Source of the DNA: PVC group bacterium
Lineage (GTDB): Bacteria; GCA-001730085; JADFSZ01
Length of the DNA: 8,893 nucleotides
Assembly (NCBI GenBank): GCA_022560555.1
Contig: JADFSZ010000063.1
Location: 1 to 8,893 of the forward strand
Reading direction: 5' to 3'
Shown: one piece after another, positions 6,166 through 8,893 of the stretch
How positions within the stretch are numbered: position 1 is the first letter of the stretch
How the letters are laid out: each line of letters starts with the position of its first letter
Program-made: the position numbers and the translations under genes
Notes under the pieces: model-generated
Seen by the model: only the letters and a program-made list of their open reading frames with translations
Told to the model about the DNA's origin: nothing
Databases searched by the model: none

Positions 6166-6329
6166 ATGACGAATGATTTCCCCACTATTGGTTTTGCGTG
6201 TATAACACTGGAACTGATTTACCCCGAAGATTTTGCGAATGGAGAATTATTGTTATCTGATTTTCCCTAGCCCCTGATGTGACTTGAGGAGGCCTCTCAT
6301 TACAGGACTTCTCTTACAAAGCTACTGTT

Positions 6330-6358
6330 CTTTTAACCTATGCGTAAATATTTGTCAA
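6330..6358 (-). promoter_or_regulatory. weak candidate promoter for coaE-rho just downstream of the polA stop
   Basis: Read on the minus strand, the -35 box TTGACA (6358-6353) is followed by the 17-nt spacer AATATTTACGCATAGGT and the -10 box TAAAAG (6335-6330). The -10 box matches 4 of 6 positions and lacks the conserved final T. Co-transcription with polA is equally possible. Confidence 0.3.
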
Positions 6359-6370
6359 GTCTTTTGTGAT

Positions 6371-8893
6371 TTAGAGATCTGACCAATGCTCCCCCTCACT
6401 CACATGGACTACCAAGGGGACATCCAGGTGCACACATCCCTCCATTTCTGTCTTGATGACCTTTTTCGCCTTTTCGGCAAGGTTTTTCGGGCAGTTAAAT
6501 ATCAGTTCATCATGAATTTGAAGAAGCATACGAAAATCAAGACATTCCTGTTCTATTCGCCTGTCTATACGAATCATCGCCATTTTAATAATATCCGCCG
6601 CTGTTCCTTGAAGAGGAGCATTGATCGCCATACGCTCCACCCCGCTTTTTTGGCCCTGTTCATAAGTTTTTGTGAGCAGAACCGGACGACGGCGCCCATA
6701 AAGAGTTTCAACATACCCATTCTTTTTTGCGTCTTCCAATACCTTGCAAGTATAATTTTTAATGCCCTGATAATTCTCAAAATACCGGTCAATGAAATTT
6801 TTAGCTTCATTGAAGCTAATGTCCAGATCACGCGCAAGTCCATAGGTCCCCATGCCGTAAATAATTCCAAAATTGACGGTTTTAGCCACTCTTCTTTGGT
6901 CTCGTGTCACATCTCTTAAAGGACATTGGAAAAGAAGCATGGCCGTATGCGCATGAATATCCTCTCCTTCATAAAAAGCCTGACAAAGCTTAGGATCTCC
7001 TGAAAGGTGGGCTAAAATTCTTAATTCAATTTGAGAGTAATCCGCGGAAATAAGTATATCTTTAGAACTATGCGGGATAAATCCATATCGGATTTTTTCT
7101 CCGTAGACGGTCCGAACAGGAATATTCTGCAAATTAGGATCGCGGCTTGACAAGCGTCCTGTGGCTGTCCCTGTTTGCAGAAACGTTGTGTGGACATGAT
7201 GTGTTTTCGGGTCACACGATTCCATGAGAGGAATCACATAGGTGGAAACCAATTTTGATAAGTGCCGAAATTCCAGCATGAGTTTCGGCAGCTCATGCAT
7301 TCCGGCAAGCTTCTCCAACACATCCACATTCGTTGAATACCCGGTTTTAGTTTTTTTGATCACCGGAAGCTTTAATTTGTTAAACAATATTTCACTAAGC
7401 TGCTTGGGAGACTGAATGTTGAATTCTTGTCCGCTTTCTTTATATATGGATTTTTTCAGAGTGTTGAGCTCTTTTTGAAATTCCTTTTTCAGCCCTTGAA
7501 AATACGCGGGATCAATTTTGATTCCCTCAAGCTCCATTTTCGCAAGAATTTTTATGAGCGGCTTTTCGATATCATTCCACGTTCTCATTAACTTCATTCT
7601 CTCTATATCTTTTTCAATATGTTTATACGCTTCCGCCAAACCGCAGGCCTGTTGAGCCAAATCCTCTTCCCCGACAAAACCCATTCCTCTACGGCTTAAG
7701 AGTTGCGCCAACGTTGCGTTGGAAACCTCAGGATTGATCAAATAATCCAAAATCTTTAAATCTACGCATTCTCCGTTGATAGTGGTCTTAGACCTAAAAA
7801 ACATTTTTACGATCGACTTCAAATCGTAGCCAATCTTAAATATGTCCTGGGCCTCCAATATCTGAACAAACACTTCACAGGCCTCATCCGTTTTATTGTC
7901 AGGATCGATGGGAAAAGCATAGGCTTTTTTACCCCTATCTTCGGCACAACAAAGTAAGCGGGAAGATTCGTCATAAAAAAAACAGAGAGTCGTTTTTGAC
8001 TGAAGGATATTTCTTAAAAAAGCAAGCGTTTCCTTCTTGCTTTCCACCAGTAAGGTCGGTTTTGCCTGGCTTGAATTTGATGGTTTTAAGTTCTCCAGAT
8101 TTTTATATAGGCTGTAAAATTCATATTCCTTAAAGAGATTTTTTAAATCTTCGTTTTCACTTAAGGCCGGAGTGCGGCACAGTTCCCACTTGAAATCTAA
8201 TTTGACTTTGTCATCCAGTTTGATAAGTTGCTTCGCTTGTTTAAGAAGGGGAAGACTTTCTTTAATACTTGTTTTCAACTTTTCTTTTTTAATGGAATTG
8301 ACATTTTTCACCACCTGATCCACAGTGTCAAATTCGTCTAAAAGTTTTTGGGCCGTGATTTTACCTATTCCGGGCACGCCCGGGACCCCGTCAGCCGCGT
8401 CTCCGGTCAACGCTAAAAAATCAACAACCTGATCCGGCGTCAAATGGTACTCACTCTTTAAAACTTTCTCATCAATAATCTTGTCTTTTTGGTGAAGACT
8501 GACAATCCGAACGTGATCATTGATAAGCTGAAACATGTCCTTATCTCCTGTCAGGATAAAAACATCCATCCCTTTAGCTGTCCCCTTTTTGGCCAAAGTC
8601 GCGAGAACATCGTCCGCTTCAAATCCTGCCTTTTCAAAAACAGGGATACCAAAATTCTTAATCATGTTTTTAATGGGCTCCATTTGATGGACAAGATCAT
8701 CCGGCATGGGTTTGCGATGGGCCTTATATTCTTCAAAAACTTCATGACGGAAGGTTTTCTCGGGCCGGTCAAAACTCACGGCCAAAAAATCGGGTTTGTC
8801 CTCATGGATGATTTTTAGGAGCTTAACGGCAAATCCGTATAGTGCGTTCGTCGGCGTGCCATCGGAGCGTGCTAAATCTCTGATCGCGTAAAA
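6371..8893 (-). CDS. polA: DNA polymerase I, 5'-truncated by the window edge
   Basis: The ORF track starts at TTG 8785, but the frame stays open to 8893. That stretch translates as FYAIRDLARSDGTPTNALYGFAVKLLKIIHEDKPDFL-AVSFD..., which is the 5'-nuclease N-terminal region. About 15-25 codons are therefore missing. The H3TH motif is LTGDAADGVPGVPGIGKITAQKLL. Polymerase motif A is ISADYSQIELRILAHLS, motif B is RRVAKTVNFGIIYG and motif C is LQIHDELIF. Confidence 0.95.
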   Translation of the reverse strand, partial: FYAIRDLARSDGTPTNALYGFAVKLLKIIHEDKPDFLAVSFDRPEKTFRHEVFEEYKAHRKPMPDDLVHQMEPIKNMIKNFGIPVFEKAGFEADDVLATLAKKGTAKGMDVFILTGDKDMFQLINDHVRIVSLHQKDKIIDEKVLKSEYHLTPDQVVDFLALTGDAADGVPGVPGIGKITAQKLLDEFDTVDQVVKNVNSIKKEKLKTSIKESLPLLKQAKQLIKLDDKVKLDFKWELCRTPALSENEDLKNLFKEYEFYSLYKNLENLKPSNSSQAKPTLLVESKKETLAFLRNILQSKTTLCFFYDESSRLLCCAEDRGKKAYAFPIDPDNKTDEACEVFVQILEAQDIFKIGYDLKSIVKMFFRSKTTINGECVDLKILDYLINPEVSNATLAQLLSRRGMGFVGEEDLAQQACGLAEAYKHIEKDIERMKLMRTWNDIEKPLIKILAKMELEGIKIDPAYFQGLKKEFQKELNTLKKSIYKESGQEFNIQSPKQLSEILFNKLKLPVIKKTKTGYSTNVDVLEKLAGMHELPKLMLEFRHLSKLVSTYVIPLMESCDPKTHHVHTTFLQTGTATGRLSSRDPNLQNIPVRTVYGEKIRYGFIPHSSKDILISADYSQIELRILAHLSGDPKLCQAFYEGEDIHAHTAMLLFQCPLRDVTRDQRRVAKTVNFGIIYGMGTYGLARDLDISFNEAKNFIDRYFENYQGIKNYTCKVLEDAKKNGYVETLYGRRRPVLLTKTYEQGQKSGVERMAINAPLQGTAADIIKMAMIRIDRRIEQECLDFRMLLQIHDELIFNCPKNLAEKAKKVIKTEMEGCVHLDVPLVVHVSEGEHWSDL

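Noticed and set aside
6166-6270. Small ORFs in the polA-coaE spacer. One is a 34-codon plus-strand ORF starting at the CATATG that overlaps the coaE start. The other is a 15-codon minus-strand ORF (MRGLLKSHQGLGKIR).
   Set aside because: Neither has a convincing SD or promoter context. Both are too short to assess and are expected by chance. A leader-peptide role is pure speculation.
6386-6919. A 177-aa plus-strand ORF inside polA. Similar antisense ORFs lie at 1644-1853, 2055-2390, 2991-3251, 4243-4602, 4716-4991, 5349-5591, 5410-5634 and 8489-8818.
   Set aside because: All lie antisense to ORFs that have unmistakable conserved domains (PolA, ABC exporter, Rho). Their translations are low-complexity with no recognisable motifs. 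They are shadow ORFs typical of the opposite strand of real genes.
8783-8785. The ORF-track start of polA at TTG 8785.
   Set aside because: The frame has no stop up to the window edge, and the upstream translation (FYAIRDLARSDGTPTNALYGF...) is conserved 5'-nuclease sequence. The gene is therefore truncated by the window and does not start here.
1-8893. CRISPR arrays, IS elements or transposases, toxin-antitoxin pairs, restriction-modification or other defence modules.
   Set aside because: No arrays of spaced direct repeats, no terminal inverted repeats and no ORFs with matching motifs were seen on either strand. Every ORF of substantial size is accounted for by the genes listed.

Overview
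The window is 8,893 nt of what looks like ordinary chromosome from a low-to-moderate-GC diderm bacterium. GC is roughly 40% by eye, not computed. All protein genes run on the minus strand. In transcription order they are: polA (its 5' end runs off the right edge), a 205-nt spacer, coaE (broken by a frameshift at a 9-nt homopolymer), rho (its start overlaps the coaE 3' end), an orphan prepilin-type (pseudopilin-like) gene, a tiny C4 zinc-ribbon gene with its own promoter and intrinsic terminator, an MsbA-like ABC exporter, and waaF. A tRNA-Val(UAC) with a near-consensus promoter lies on the plus strand between the ABC exporter and waaF. The polA-coaE-rho order matches my memory of Chlamydiae, so a PVC-type or candidate-phylum origin is only a guess. 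I found no mobile element, CRISPR array, integrase or recognisable defence or toxin genes, and no convincing multi-gene novel system. The features that most deserve a second look are: (1) the coaE frameshift on a U9 tract, which is a sequencing error, a pseudogene, or slippage-dependent expression; (2) a G9 tract inside the spacer of a TTGACA / extended -10 promoter whose -35 box is half of a perfect 12-bp palindrome; (3) the stand-alone pseudopilin-like gene and the zinc-ribbon microprotein wedged between housekeeping genes; (4) three 9-nt homopolymers in under 9 kb. All family assignments rest on motifs recognised by eye, since no searches could be run.
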